This document shows positions 25,697 to 26,342 of a stretch of 26,342 nucleotides of DNA, one piece after another; positions within the stretch are counted from its first letter, which is position 1; each line of letters opens with the position of its first letter. Below the pieces are notes generated by a model. It had not been told where the DNA came from, did no database searches, and saw only the letters and a program-made list of their open reading frames with translations. This stretch comes from Candidatus Parcubacteria bacterium (GTDB lineage Bacteria > Patescibacteriota > Minisyncoccia > Phycocordibacterales > UBA5272). The DNA is taken from NCBI GenBank assembly GCA_039799445.1, contig JBDLSO010000001.1:1-26342 (forward strand). Reading direction: 5' to 3'. The translations under genes were made by a program, and so were the position numbers.

Positions 25697-26342
25697 ATGA
25701 TTAGTAAAAATGAAATCAGAAACAGAGCGAGAGCCTTTGCAACAGAATGGCAGGACGAAACAAGTGAGGATGCAGAAGCAAAAAGTTTTTGGGACAGCTT
25801 CTTTGAAGTGTTTGGTGTCTCTCGTAGAAGAATTGGTAGTTTTGAACATAAAGTCAAAAAAATAAACGGTGCAGACGGATATATAGATGTACTCTGGAAG
25901 GGGGTGCTCTTGTGTGAGCATAAATCAAAAGGTAAGGACTTGGACAAAGCATTCACTCAAGCCAAAGATTATCTACCAGGACTGTCGGACGCGGAGCTAC
26001 CTCGCTACATAATCGTATCAGATTTTGAAAAAATGAGATTGCTTGATCTAGAAACACAAAAAGAAGAGAGTTTCTTAGTTGCTGATTTACACAAACACAT
26101 TGACTCATTTGGTTTTATTTCAGGGTACACGATTGAGGACTACAAAGAGGAAGAAGCTGCCAGTATATACGCCGCCAAATTACTTGCAGACTTTCATAAT
26201 GAAATCATCAAAACAGGATACAATGGTCACGATCTTGAAGTATTCCTCGTACGAGTACTGTTCTGCCTCTTTGCCGACGACACGGGTATATTTGATAAAA
26301 ATCATTTCAAAGGATATATACAAAAAAGACTAAGCAAAGACG
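25697..26342 (+). CDS. MmeI-like type IIL/IIG restriction-modification enzyme, N-terminal nuclease region, 3'-truncated
   Basis: Not in the ORF track because it has no stop in the window. Hand translation: MISKNEIRNRARAFATEWQDETSEDAEAKSFWDSFFEVFGVSRRR...GYIDVLWKGVLLCEHKSKGKDLDKAFTQAKDY...ELPRYIIVSDF...GHDLEVFLVRVLFCLFADDTGIF. This has a PD-(D/E)xK motif (D..EHK) and the LFCLFA(E/D)DTG segment typical of the MmeI family. Confidence 0.88.
   Translation, partial: MISKNEIRNRARAFATEWQDETSEDAEAKSFWDSFFEVFGVSRRRIGSFEHKVKKINGADGYIDVLWKGVLLCEHKSKGKDLDKAFTQAKDYLPGLSDAELPRYIIVSDFEKMRLLDLETQKEESFLVADLHKHIDSFGFISGYTIEDYKEEEAASIYAAKLLADFHNEIIKTGYNGHDLEVFLVRVLFCLFADDTGIFDKNHFKGYIQKRLSKD

Noticed and set aside
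26079-26333. 84-aa plus-strand ORF in the track
   Set aside because: Out-of-frame overlap inside the MmeI-like gene.
2-26342. Genetic code 25 (TGA=Gly)
   Set aside because: All conserved genes are full length under code 11 with no in-frame TGA.

Overview
Mostly housekeeping region of a ~40% GC bacterial chromosome. The gene set, the compact Shine-Dalgarno-free layout and the protein variants suggest Patescibacteria/CPR (Parcubacteria-like); this is an inference. Order: 5'-truncated rpoB, rpoC, dnaG, rpoD (with a ~107-aa Lys-rich N-terminal tail), obgE, convergent stand-alone gatB, gap, a small self-contained minus-strand membrane-protein gene, rpiB, rpe, a split transketolase interrupted by two small exported proteins, a low-GC orphan, mraY-ftsW-murG, gltX, a coiled-coil M23 peptidase, a LOG-family gene, an EVE-domain gene and the 5' part of an MmeI-like (type IIL) restriction-modification gene that the ORF track misses. 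I saw no rRNA, tRNA, CRISPR array or mobile element. Best leads: (1) a full-length MurG whose signature motifs are degenerate, next to a non-canonical MraY; (2) a recurring TGCTATACT extended -10 box 6-9 nt before start codons, implying leaderless mRNAs; (3) the histone-H1-like tail on sigma70; (4) substitutions in the RpoB rifampicin pocket; (5) a LOG-EVE-type IIL R-M neighbourhood; (6) a duplicated C-x21-C module in an orphan exported protein. All calls come from reading motifs by eye; no database search was run.
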